The notes under the pieces: model-generated
The model's database searches: none
The model's input: the letters and a program-made list of their open reading frames with translations, nothing else
What the model was told of the DNA's origin: nothing
NCBI GenBank assembly: GCA_031291995.1
Contig: JARLHZ010000025.1
Span: 25,174-89,173 of the forward strand
Reading direction: 5' to 3'
DNA: 64,000 nucleotides
Source: Candidatus Doudnabacteria bacterium
Lineage (GTDB): Bacteria > Patescibacteriota > Doudnabacteria > UBA920
Position numbers and translations under genes: made by a program
Part shown: positions 9,915 through 19,252 of the stretch, in pieces
How positions within the stretch are numbered: the stretch's first letter is position 1
Layout: every line of letters starts with the position of its first letter

Positions 9915-10994
9915 TTATTTTTTATTAATTAAATTAACTACGAGTTTAACCATAACATCCTTCTGCACGGGATCGCTTTCGGCGACTAGTAAAGTTAAAG
10001 CGGCTAAGGTATTATCATTAATTTTGCGATCCCCTGTTTTGATGCTGTAAAGGGCGTTGTTCTGCACCAAATAGACCATAAACACCAACGCGCCAATCCT
10101 TTTATTGCCGTCGGTAAACGGATGGTCTTTGACCAAAAAATAGAGCAGATGCGCCGCTTTTTCTTCCATAGACGGATACAGCGGCTTGCCTTCGTAAGTC
10201 TGGTTAATATTGCCGAGTACAGCTTTAAACTTTTCGCCGACTTCCTGGCCAAACAACCCGCCCGCCTCCTGTTTTAACGACAAGCGTTTTTTAAATACCG
10301 TAATATATTTTTGTAAGTTCTGGTACTCGAGTGGCGCGGGAGAACGTCTAGAAACGCCGTCAATTTCCAGCTCGCCTTTATCGTATTTATTTAATAGCGC
10401 CCAAGTGTGCGCATAATCGGTAATTATCTTAAGCAAATCTTTTTCATACCCCTGCGCGCGCCGGTTTTCCAAAACATTCTGGAACAGCACCGTTGTCTGT
10501 GCCAGCTCCTTCATTTGCAAATCATGCTGTTCCTTTAGCCGATTCTGATTTACCGCGTAACCTTTAATTAAATAGTCCCGTAATCTCTGGGTGGCCCAAA
10601 TACGGAATTGGGTGCCGCGTTTGGATTTAATCCGATAGCCGACGGAAATTATTACATCAAGATTATAATAAATATTTGGCTTAAACAAGGCAATTCCAAT
10701 ATTATTGGAACTCCCTTGTTTAAGGGTAGTTTTGGTTTCGTCCAGCTCGTTTTCCTTATAAATTTGGCCAATATGAAAGGATATTGTCCTAAAATCTTTT
10801 TGGAACAATTCTCCCATCTGCTTTTGGGTAAGCCAGACCGTTTCACCATCCATTTGAACCTGTAATTCCGGCCCTTCTGGAGCTTTGTAAATAATAATCT
10901 CGCCTTTTTTTGCTTCTTCTGGCATAGAATCTCCCTTTTTTACCGTCGGAGGGGGAACCACCTCTGGCGGAAAGCTTTTATGTATTTTTTGCAT
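9915..10994 (-). CDS. RhuM-family N-terminal domain fused to a Doc/Fic-type (death-on-curing) toxin domain
   Basis: N-terminal GETVWLTQKQMGELF...NLDVIISVGYRIKSKRGTQFRIWATQRL is RhuM-like. The C-terminus carries HPFTDGNKRIG, the Doc variant of the Fic motif. Confidence 0.7.
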   Translation of the reverse strand: MQKIHKSFPPEVVPPPTVKKGDSMPEEAKKGEIIIYKAPEGPELQVQMDGETVWLTQKQMGELFQKDFRTISFHIGQIYKENELDETKTTLKQGSSNNIGIALFKPNIYYNLDVIISVGYRIKSKRGTQFRIWATQRLRDYLIKGYAVNQNRLKEQHDLQMKELAQTTVLFQNVLENRRAQGYEKDLLKIITDYAHTWALLNKYDKGELEIDGVSRRSPAPLEYQNLQKYITVFKKRLSLKQEAGGLFGQEVGEKFKAVLGNINQTYEGKPLYPSMEEKAAHLLYFLVKDHPFTDGNKRIGALVFMVYLVQNNALYSIKTGDRKINDNTLAALTLLVAESDPVQKDVMVKLVVNLINKK

Positions 10995-11187
10995 ATTGAC
11001 CTATTTATAAGCATCCCCAACCATTAAGGAATTCTTAACTTCTCATATGTGCAATTTTTGTACTTTCCTATTCTCTATTCCCTAAGCACTATTGACTTAC
11101 TATTATAGTAAACAATCGTTCACCTACTGTCAAATACCTTTATATAAAGGTAAAATAAATTTTCGCCATAGTTATCCACTGTTTAAA

Positions 11188-12354
11188 TTATGCGTCTGAA
11201 CTCAGCCGGACATTCCCAAAAGCCACAGCTGGAATTACTGCCAACAAAGCAAAACCCGCGGCCAACCAAAAGGCCCAATTAATACCCAATCGATCGGAAG
11301 TCAAACCGAGCAATATTGGTACAATCACGGCGGCCACAGTATCGCCGAACTGCGCCACGCCGTTGGCGCGCTCAAAATTTTGAGATTCGGCCATAGACTG
11401 GTAAACCATGGTTTGCGTCGCCGGCACCGTCCCCCGCGTGGCAATTCCCAAGACAACAGAAATAATTACAATCAGCCACAAAGCGCTAACAACGGTCAGC
11501 AGGACAATTAGCACAGCCATCAAAATTTCCGTTATAACAAAAACTTTGACGCTTCCCAGACGGTCAACCCATCTACCCAACACTGCCTTGCCCAATAAGG
11601 TTCCAACAATAAACGCGCCGGCAAACGAACTCAAAAAAGTCGGTTGGATATGTTTGCTTAGAAGCAAAAAAGGTAAAAATAAAAATAACCCGGAACTGGC
11701 CAGGTTATCCAGCGCGGTAACCGCGGCCGCGTAAATAAATTGGCGGTTTTGCAATAAATGTGTAAATTTGCCGAGTTGGAAATCTTCCCGCTTTTGGTCA
11801 TTTAACCGGTCTGTGCGAAAATGGAAAAAATATAGATACATAAAAACCGCCACACCGGCCACGCCGTAAAGCAGCGCCGAACTGCGCCAGCCCCAGGCGA
11901 CAATTATAAAAGTCACGCCGCCCGATATTGCTAAACGCCCCACGTCACCCCAGGCGGTAAAATTTCCAATGTGCCTGCCAATATTTTCACTTCCCGACAG
12001 GCGGGAAACCAAAGCAAACCCTATAGGGTGGAACAAACCAAAAGGTATGCCTATTAAAATAAATAAAAGCAGCAAAATACCAAAGCCGGTGGCCAGGCTC
12101 ATTAGCAAATAGGCAATCCCGCAAATAAGCAAGGCAAACAGCAACGTTTTAAAATGGCCGAACCGGTCGGCCAACAAGGCACTCGGCAGCGCCAAAGCAA
12201 TCGGCAATAAATTCATTCCCGAACCCAAAATGCCGACCTTGGTTAAATTCAAACCCATGTCTTTGGCAATAAACGGCAAAAACAGCAGCAGGCTCGCCGA
12301 AAACCCGTCATTAAAAAAATGCAACAGCGAGACGTAAAAAAATTTACTTTTCAT
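11188..12354 (-). CDS. MFS transporter
   Basis: 388 aa with about 12 TM segments. Abuts the upstream HD gene with a zero-nt gap. Confidence 0.7.
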   Translation of the reverse strand: MKSKFFYVSLLHFFNDGFSASLLLFLPFIAKDMGLNLTKVGILGSGMNLLPIALALPSALLADRFGHFKTLLFALLICGIAYLLMSLATGFGILLLLFILIGIPFGLFHPIGFALVSRLSGSENIGRHIGNFTAWGDVGRLAISGGVTFIIVAWGWRSSALLYGVAGVAVFMYLYFFHFRTDRLNDQKREDFQLGKFTHLLQNRQFIYAAAVTALDNLASSGLFLFLPFLLLSKHIQPTFLSSFAGAFIVGTLLGKAVLGRWVDRLGSVKVFVITEILMAVLIVLLTVVSALWLIVIISVVLGIATRGTVPATQTMVYQSMAESQNFERANGVAQFGDTVAAVIVPILLGLTSDRLGINWAFWLAAGFALLAVIPAVAFGNVRLSSDA

Positions 12355-13020
12355 TTATATGTCAAATTCCTTTAATCGCTCTCTGGTTTCCGTAATCGTC
12401 ATTTCGGTAATTTGCTCCGGCTTTATAGCGCAACAGGCAAAAATTTGTTGTTCAATGTGCCGCAGAGCGTTCTCAAATGCCAGCCTTTTTTGTTCACTGC
12501 CCCATTCCTGGTGCCGGTGGGCGTATCTGGCGCGCAAATCGTCAAATCTGCCTTCCAAACTTACCACCCCGCACGGACTGACGCGGCTGTCGCAATAAGC
12601 GCAAATTTTTTTGCCAAAATCATGGCCGGCGGAATTTTCAACCGCAGTTTCAAAACCAATTGCGTCTATCAGCTCAAGTTTTCTGGGGTTCACGCCTAAC
12701 TCACGCGCAATTTTTAAACTGGCCGCATGTTCATCCGCTCCATATTTTTTACCGTATTGATCTTTTACCTTCTGCCAAAAATTTACGTCAATGTCTTTAT
12801 TTATCACCAAATGGCTATTGCTTAAATCAAACTTCAAAATATTCCCCATATCATGCAGCAAGCACACGGCCACTATATCGTATCGGTTAAGGGTTAAGGA
12901 TGAAGGATTAGGGATATTATCAATTATCACATCCGCCACCGCCGCGACCCTCAGTTGGTGTTCCGCGAGCTGTGGCATTATCTGATATTTTTTATAAACC
13001 TGTAAAATTTTCATATTCAC
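12355..13020 (-). CDS. HD-domain phosphohydrolase (YfbR-like 5'-deoxynucleotidase family)
   Basis: H..RVA (AEHQLRVAAVADVI) and LLHDMGN motifs. Cys-rich C-terminal half. Confidence 0.55.
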   Translation of the reverse strand: MNMKILQVYKKYQIMPQLAEHQLRVAAVADVIIDNIPNPSSLTLNRYDIVAVCLLHDMGNILKFDLSNSHLVINKDIDVNFWQKVKDQYGKKYGADEHAASLKIARELGVNPRKLELIDAIGFETAVENSAGHDFGKKICAYCDSRVSPCGVVSLEGRFDDLRARYAHRHQEWGSEQKRLAFENALRHIEQQIFACCAIKPEQITEMTITETRERLKEFDI

Positions 13021-13379
13021 GGCTTTTCTAAAAGCAAAATTCTTTTTTCAAATCCGCCATTTTTTTCTCGTTTCCCTGTTTGCACGGCCTGAATGTCTTC
13101 CAAATTCCATCCCTTGAATTTAATTATGGATGTTATCAATTCCAAGATATCCGCCAGCTCTTCTTGCATATCGGAATCATCAACGGAACGCGACAGCTCC
13201 GTTGATTCTTCGACCATTTTCCTCAACAAATACTGCCAAAACTCCTTGTCGTCCAAAGTTCTGGTCTTGGCTGTTAACCCCCGGCTTTGGATAAACTCCG
13301 GGATGTTGTCCCGGACTAATTTTGGGTATTCATTATTACTTTCCTGATCGGTTCGCATAAATACTTTAAAGCAACTCAA
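13017..13379 (-). CDS. MazG-like nucleoside triphosphate pyrophosphohydrolase (small all-alpha NTP-PPase)
   Basis: YPKLVRDNIPEFI...EELADILELI pattern. 4-nt overlap with the HD gene. Confidence 0.6.
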   Translation of the reverse strand: MSCFKVFMRTDQESNNEYPKLVRDNIPEFIQSRGLTAKTRTLDDKEFWQYLLRKMVEESTELSRSVDDSDMQEELADILELITSIIKFKGWNLEDIQAVQTGKREKNGGFEKRILLLEKP

Positions 13380-13773
13380 TTTTTATTTCCTTAACCTTTT
13401 TCAGGCTTTTATCATTGGTAATAAATCTATCCGCGCCCGAGTCTATGGCCGTGGCGATATGTATGGCATCGGGGGTGAGCAAACCATATTCCGCGCGCAG
13501 GCTGGAAGCGATGTCTGCAATATCATCGGACAAATTTATTATCAGTAAATTAGGATAATTATAGAGCCTGTTTTTGTATTCGGCGGCCAATCCATAATTG
13601 CCGTCTATTTTGGGTCCGGTGAACAGTTCTATCATGCCAATCAGCGAAAACACCCCAACGCTTCGTCCGGTTTCAATTTCCTTGAGTATGGATACGGATG
13701 CATCTGCCACCGCCCCCAAATCTTCAAAGGCGTAAATAAAAATGCTTGTATCTAAACCTATTATTTGTCCCAT
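13366..13773 (-). CDS. vapC: PIN-domain toxin (VapC-like)
   Basis: MGQIIGLDTSIFIYAFE...TPDAIHIATAI...ITNDKSL carries the PIN acidic residues. Confidence 0.75.
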   Translation of the reverse strand: MGQIIGLDTSIFIYAFEDLGAVADASVSILKEIETGRSVGVFSLIGMIELFTGPKIDGNYGLAAEYKNRLYNYPNLLIINLSDDIADIASSLRAEYGLLTPDAIHIATAIDSGADRFITNDKSLKKVKEIKIELL

Positions 13774-14009
13774 GAGCGGCGCTCGCCTTTAATATACTTG
13801 TCGGCCCCTCCCAGCTTTTTCCAGACATCCTTACCCAGTCCCCTTAGTGATTCGGCATAACCACCAGGCGCCGGGTGCTTAAGCAGCAAGGCATGGCTGT
13901 CGTCTACAGCATATAACGTTAGCAAATCGCCCTTGCGCAATTTTAACCGCTCACGCACCATTGCCGGTATGACAATCTGATTCTTTGAGGACATTTTGAT
14001 CTTTTTCAT
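13761..14009 (-). CDS. vapB: AbrB/MazE/SpoVT-type antitoxin (VapB-like)
   Basis: SSKNQIVIPAMVRERLKLRKGDLL swapped-hairpin motif. Overlaps vapC. Confidence 0.7.
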   Translation of the reverse strand: MKKIKMSSKNQIVIPAMVRERLKLRKGDLLTLYAVDDSHALLLKHPAPGGYAESLRGLGKDVWKKLGGADKYIKGERRSWDK

Positions 14010-14065
14010 AAAATTTGCGATATTAATATAACCCTTTACATTTTATATAAAAGTAAAGGGGATTG

Positions 14066-16951
14066 TCAATTTTGCTCAATTGGCTTCATCTCCCCCCAAT
14101 TGTCCCCAACTTTGGCTTCCACCTTTACCGGAACTGATAATTTAATAGCATTTTCCATCAATGGAATGAGTTTCTTGACCCACGTCTCCACTTTGTCTTC
14201 GGACACCTCAAACACCAATTCGTCGTGCACTTGCAAAAGCATCCGTATTTCCGGCCTCTCCGAGGGCAACCCTCGGAAAACCCTATGGATATTGATCATT
14301 GCGACTTTTATTACGTCGGCGGCTAACGACTGGATGGGAAAATTCACGGCCGCGCGTTCGGCGGCGGCACGAATAAAGAATTGGGAAGATTTGATTTCCG
14401 GAAATTTGCGCATGCGGCCAAGCTCGTTTTTTACAAACCCTTCCTGGTTGACCTGGAGTTTTATCTGTTCTATATATTGTTCCACTGCGGGATACGCCGC
14501 GAAGTATTTGGCAATAAATTCCTTGGCTTCGGCGCGGGAGACTTCGCCAATCCTGGACGACAACCCAAAACTGGACAGCCCGTATAAAATTCCAAAATTT
14601 ATGGTCTTGGCGTCGCGGCGCATATCCGGGGTAATTTTATCCGCGGCCACCCCAAAAATTTCCATGGCTGTTTTGCTGTGAATGTCCTCGCCGTTCTTAA
14701 ACACCTCCAGCATCTTTTTGTCTTTGGCCAAATGCGCCACAATCCTCAGCTCAATTTGGCTATAATCAATCGATAAAAGTTTATACCCCTTTTCCGCCAC
14801 AAACGCCTGCCGAACTTTGCTGCCTAGCCCTTCCCCGCGCACCGGAATATTCTGCAAATTTGGATCAATCGATGATAATCTACCCGTTGCCGCAATCGTC
14901 TGATTGTAATTAGTATGTATTCGTCCGGTTTTTTTATTTACCAGTTCCGGCAATGTTAACAAATAAGTAGACTGCAGTTTGGAAAGTTCCCGGTATTCCA
15001 AAATTTTATCTATGACCGGATGCTGGCCCTTCATTTTTTCCAGTTCCCCTGCCGCGGTACTTAAGCCGGTTTTGGTTTTACGATTTGCTATCGGCTCCAG
15101 CTTCATCCGCTCAAATAAAACTTCCTTCATCTGCTTGGGAGAGTTTAAATTAAACTCCTCGCCCGTAAGTTTATAAATTTTGCTTTCCAGTTCCTTAATG
15201 TCTATTTCCGCCTCGGCCGATAATTTATTCAAAAACTTGCTGTCCAATTTAATGCCATTTAACTCCATAGCGGCCAAAACTTCCACCAGCGGCATTTCTA
15301 TATCGTAAAAAACTTTTTCCAGGCCTTCGGTTTTTAATTGCGGCTCAAAAATCTCCTTAAGCCTCAGCGTCATATCCACGTCTTCACAGCAATACCAGCT
15401 AACTTTTGCCGGCTCAACCTTATCCATAGTTATCTGGTTTTTCCCCTTGCCAATTAACTCCTCGATGGGCTGCATCTGATAGCCCAACTCATTAAAGGCC
15501 AAGGCGTCAAGCCCATGCTGGCGGGTAGCCGCGTTAAGAAGATAGGAGGCAATCATGGAGTCAAAAGAGATAGTGGACAGTGGATAGTGGCCAGTGGTCA
15601 GTATTTCCAGGTCGTACTTTATATTGTGGCCGATTTTTTTGATTTTTGGATCAGCTAAAATATTTTTTAATTCCGCTGACGATTCCAGAAGCGCCGCCAG
15701 CACATAATAAGCCTCGCCGGGTTTAACGCACAAACCCACGCCGACTAATTTGGCGTCCATGGTATCCAGACTCGTAGTTTCGGTATCTATAACCAGCTCT
15801 TTGACCGATGATAGTTTTTTTATGAGTGCTAATAGTTTGTCGTCAGTATCAACAAACTGATAATCTTGTTTGCCGATTGAAGACACAACCCCCTCCCCTC
15901 GCTTCGCCCCGTACCATCCGGTACCGGGCTTCGCAGGGTACTCCTCCTCGGACAAGGAGGAGAGACTCCGCCCTGGTCCGGAATTTAAGAGCACTCGCGG
16001 AGCTTCCCCTCCTTGCTGAGGAGGGGTGTCCGCGTTAGCGGACGGGGTGGTGCCCGTCTTCGGCAATTTGCTAATCAAGCTCCTAAACTCCAGCTCCTGA
16101 AAAAGTTTTACCACAACCGATAAATGTCCGGCGTCTAAATCGTATTTTGGAATATCAATTTCCAGCGGCACATTACAATCAATTACAGAAAGTTTATATG
16201 ACATCCTAGCCTGATCTTCCTGCGCCTTCAGCAACTCCAAAATCCGGGATTTTACCCTATTACCTGTTGTCTGTTCGCTAATCGCTTTATAAAGATTATC
16301 CAGCGATCCAAATTCCTTAATAAGTTCCCCTGCCGTCTTTTCGCCAATTCCTTTTACCCCCGGAATATTATCGGACGGATCACCTCGAAGAGACTTATAG
16401 TCCACCATCTGGTCAGGATTCAGCCCGTAACGCGCCCTAACTGCCTTGGCGTCGTAAATTACCACATCCGTAATTCCTTTGCGCATGGTATAAACTTTTA
16501 TTACGTGGTTAACCAGCTGTAAAGTATCCAAGTCGCCTGTGACAATAATGACTTCCGCTTCCGGATTTAACTTATGAAGCTTCATGGCCAAAGTTCCAAG
16601 GCAGTCGTCCGCCTCAAACCCCTGCTTTTCAAAAATCTGAATATTCAACGCGCGCACCACTTCCTTAACTCGCGGGATTTGGTCGTAAAGTTCCTGGTCG
16701 GCCTTGACCCGCGTCCCCTTATAGTCCTTATATTGTTCATGCCGAAACGTCGGGCCGGCCAAATCAAAAGTACAGGCAATGTGGGTGGGTTTGATGTCGG
16801 CAATGGCTTTAAGTAAAATCATGGTAAAACCATAAACCGCGTTAGTCTGCTCTCCGGATTTGGTATTTAGTACCGGAATAGCGTGATAGCCGCGGTGAAT
16901 TAGCGCGTTACCATCGACTAACATGTAGCGATTTTGAGTCGGTTTAACCAT
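14066..16951 (-). CDS. polA: DNA polymerase I (5'-3' exonuclease, 3'-5' exonuclease-like and polymerase domains)
   Basis: Polymerase motifs DYSQIELR, RRDAKTINFGILYG and QVHDELVFE, with the 5' nuclease N-terminus MVKPTQNRYMLVDGNALIHRGYHA. Start chosen at the internal Met; the ORF track extends to 17119. Contains a GC-rich low-complexity insert (see findings). Confidence 0.9.
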   Translation of the reverse strand: MVKPTQNRYMLVDGNALIHRGYHAIPVLNTKSGEQTNAVYGFTMILLKAIADIKPTHIACTFDLAGPTFRHEQYKDYKGTRVKADQELYDQIPRVKEVVRALNIQIFEKQGFEADDCLGTLAMKLHKLNPEAEVIIVTGDLDTLQLVNHVIKVYTMRKGITDVVIYDAKAVRARYGLNPDQMVDYKSLRGDPSDNIPGVKGIGEKTAGELIKEFGSLDNLYKAISEQTTGNRVKSRILELLKAQEDQARMSYKLSVIDCNVPLEIDIPKYDLDAGHLSVVVKLFQELEFRSLISKLPKTGTTPSANADTPPQQGGEAPRVLLNSGPGRSLSSLSEEEYPAKPGTGWYGAKRGEGVVSSIGKQDYQFVDTDDKLLALIKKLSSVKELVIDTETTSLDTMDAKLVGVGLCVKPGEAYYVLAALLESSAELKNILADPKIKKIGHNIKYDLEILTTGHYPLSTISFDSMIASYLLNAATRQHGLDALAFNELGYQMQPIEELIGKGKNQITMDKVEPAKVSWYCCEDVDMTLRLKEIFEPQLKTEGLEKVFYDIEMPLVEVLAAMELNGIKLDSKFLNKLSAEAEIDIKELESKIYKLTGEEFNLNSPKQMKEVLFERMKLEPIANRKTKTGLSTAAGELEKMKGQHPVIDKILEYRELSKLQSTYLLTLPELVNKKTGRIHTNYNQTIAATGRLSSIDPNLQNIPVRGEGLGSKVRQAFVAEKGYKLLSIDYSQIELRIVAHLAKDKKMLEVFKNGEDIHSKTAMEIFGVAADKITPDMRRDAKTINFGILYGLSSFGLSSRIGEVSRAEAKEFIAKYFAAYPAVEQYIEQIKLQVNQEGFVKNELGRMRKFPEIKSSQFFIRAAAERAAVNFPIQSLAADVIKVAMINIHRVFRGLPSERPEIRMLLQVHDELVFEVSEDKVETWVKKLIPLMENAIKLSVPVKVEAKVGDNWGEMKPIEQN

Positions 16952-17018
16952 ACCGGTATTATAATCTATTGCCGCCTCATTGGTCGAATTGTATTGAACA
17001 TAAGCCAAAGTACGTGTT

Positions 17019-19130
17019 ATGCTGTGGGCAATGAAATTAAGCAAAAAACAAAAATACTGGGCGGTTTCGGGTCTAATATTAATAGGCCTGTTTTGCGCCT
17101 GGCAAACACTGTCCACCAAATTGAACAGCCGGCTCCAAGCCGATTATATTATACTCAATTCCCGGGTTGTATACGACCGGACCGGCACAATTATCGAAGT
17201 CAATCCCAATAGCCGGGGGAACTACGACCAATTTACCGAGGCCATCCCGCCGCGCGTCGCGCAATTACTTCTCAAAAAAGAAGACCGGTTTTTTTACCTA
17301 CATCCCGGGTTTAACCCCTTGAGTCTGGCGCGGGATTTTTACAGTTACCTGATTACCGGCAGACGCGCCGGGTCTTCCACCATAACCCAGCAGCTGGTTA
17401 AAACGTTGCTGGCCAACGAAAACCAGCGCTCCTGGAAAAATAAAATCACGGAACTAATTTATACCGAGGCTCTGGAATGGAACAATTCGAAAAAAAGTAT
17501 TTTAACCATGTACTTAAACAGCGCCTATTTTGGCAGCCAGTCCGAAGGGCTCAAGCAGGCCAGCCTGGATAATTTTGGCTCGCCCCCGGAAACTCTAAAC
17601 GACGCGCAAATCCTGTCCCTTCTCGCCGCGCTAAACAGCCCGTCCCAAAACCAGCCGGGAACGGCAACTAATATAAAATACGCCAAAAATCTGGCTAATA
17701 AATTCCGGCTTTCCATAAACGACTCGGACTGGATGAATCTTTCGCCCGCCTTGGCCGAAAAATCTTCCCGCAGTTCCAACGCGGCTTTTGAAGTTAATTC
17801 CCTTAATTTAAATTGCCCGGTTAACTGCCAAACAACTTTGGATGCCGGCCTCACCCAAAACATCCGCGCCATTTTAAAACGCGATTTGACTTCGCAAGCC
17901 CTGGATACCGCGGAAAACGGCGCTGTGGTGGTTATTAAGCTGCCGGAAAATCAGATTTTAAGCATTGTCGGTTCGCCCGACCCATCATCGCCGGGAGAAG
18001 GCATGCAATTGGACATGGCCGTAAAACCCCGGCCCATCGGCTCCACCTCCAAACCGTTTATTTATATGAACGCCTTTGAAGAAGGCGCGCGCCCGTTCAG
18101 CCTGGTGGATGACACGGAAATGAAATATGAGCTGGCCTCGGGTTTTGATTTTTTTCCCAAAAATTTTGACGGCCAATACCGCGGCCTCGTCACGCTCCAC
18201 CAGGCGCTCGACAACAGCCTGAACATCCCAAGCGTCCAGGTACTGGAGTTTGTCGGCCTGGACCACTTTTATAAATTTATGTACGACCAAATGGGCTTTA
18301 CCCCGCTGCAGCCATTGGAAAGCTACGAATTGGGTATTGCACTGGGCGGTTTGGAGTCGGATTTACTAACGCTGTCCAACTATTTTACCATTTTCCCCAA
18401 TCAGGGCGTGTTAAAACCGTTAACGCTTTACCAGGAAACTTTAAGCCCCTATTATAAAGATCCGATGGCCAAACTCATTACCGAGCCAAAACAAGTCGGA
18501 CAGGAGCCGATGGTGGAGCTGGTCAACCGTGTTTTAAACGACCGTGACACGGGCGTGAACCAGTTCGGGATAGAAAGCAGCCTTAATCTGCCGTATACCA
18601 ATTACGGCGTGAAAACGGGCACGTCGCGCGATTACCACGACAGCTGGACCATGGGCTATACGCCGGACTTTTTGGTCGGCGTGTGGGTGGGCAACAGCAA
18701 TAACACAGCCATGCGGCAAATTACCGGCCTGGCCGGCGCGGCCAAAGTCTGGCATGAGGTCATGCAGGTTATGTACAACTCGGAATATAATAAAAACACG
18801 CCGTTTAACTTTAGTAAAATCCGGGAAATCCAAAGCGGCAATACCCTGGATTTCGGTTTGGACGGCGACGACTACAATACCATCCGCAATATTATGTTAA
18901 AAAATAATTTAATTCTCTCCCCGCATCAGGACGACAAATATTTGCTTCTGCCCGGCACCACCATTCCCCTTTCCGCCTCCCAGGAAGTAACTTGGTCCGT
19001 TAACGGCCAATTCTTCGCCAAATCCCAAAAATCTTTCTGGCCTCCCCCCTCCCCCGGCACCTACACCATTTCCGCCGAATCCTCGGACGGAAAAACGGAA
19101 CAGGTAACCATAAATATAAACAAAAAGTAA
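17019..19130 (+). CDS. Class A penicillin-binding protein, PBP1C-like (transglycosylase, transpeptidase and a PbpC-type C-terminal domain)
   Basis: GT51 motifs EDRFFYLHPGFNP and GSSTITQQLVK, transpeptidase STSKPF...KTGTS. The C-terminal 90 aa (TWSVNGQFF...PGTYTISAESSDGKTEQVTININ) resembles the PbpC C-terminal domain. Confidence 0.75.
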   Translation: MLWAMKLSKKQKYWAVSGLILIGLFCAWQTLSTKLNSRLQADYIILNSRVVYDRTGTIIEVNPNSRGNYDQFTEAIPPRVAQLLLKKEDRFFYLHPGFNPLSLARDFYSYLITGRRAGSSTITQQLVKTLLANENQRSWKNKITELIYTEALEWNNSKKSILTMYLNSAYFGSQSEGLKQASLDNFGSPPETLNDAQILSLLAALNSPSQNQPGTATNIKYAKNLANKFRLSINDSDWMNLSPALAEKSSRSSNAAFEVNSLNLNCPVNCQTTLDAGLTQNIRAILKRDLTSQALDTAENGAVVVIKLPENQILSIVGSPDPSSPGEGMQLDMAVKPRPIGSTSKPFIYMNAFEEGARPFSLVDDTEMKYELASGFDFFPKNFDGQYRGLVTLHQALDNSLNIPSVQVLEFVGLDHFYKFMYDQMGFTPLQPLESYELGIALGGLESDLLTLSNYFTIFPNQGVLKPLTLYQETLSPYYKDPMAKLITEPKQVGQEPMVELVNRVLNDRDTGVNQFGIESSLNLPYTNYGVKTGTSRDYHDSWTMGYTPDFLVGVWVGNSNNTAMRQITGLAGAAKVWHEVMQVMYNSEYNKNTPFNFSKIREIQSGNTLDFGLDGDDYNTIRNIMLKNNLILSPHQDDKYLLLPGTTIPLSASQEVTWSVNGQFFAKSQKSFWPPPSPGTYTISAESSDGKTEQVTININKK

Positions 19131-19206
19131 TTTTGACTTTTTAATTTGCAAGTTGCCTTTATGTTCAGGCGGGTAATTCATCGATATAACCTTCTGTCTT
19201 TTAACA

Positions 19207-19236
19207 AAACACTCGCCTGATTTACAGGCGAGTGTT
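19207..19236. terminator. Bidirectional hairpin terminator between the convergent PBP and alpha-2-macroglobulin genes
   Basis: aaacactcgcctg-attta-caggcgagtgttt. Confidence 0.65.
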
Positions 19237-19252
19237 TACAATTATCCGATGG

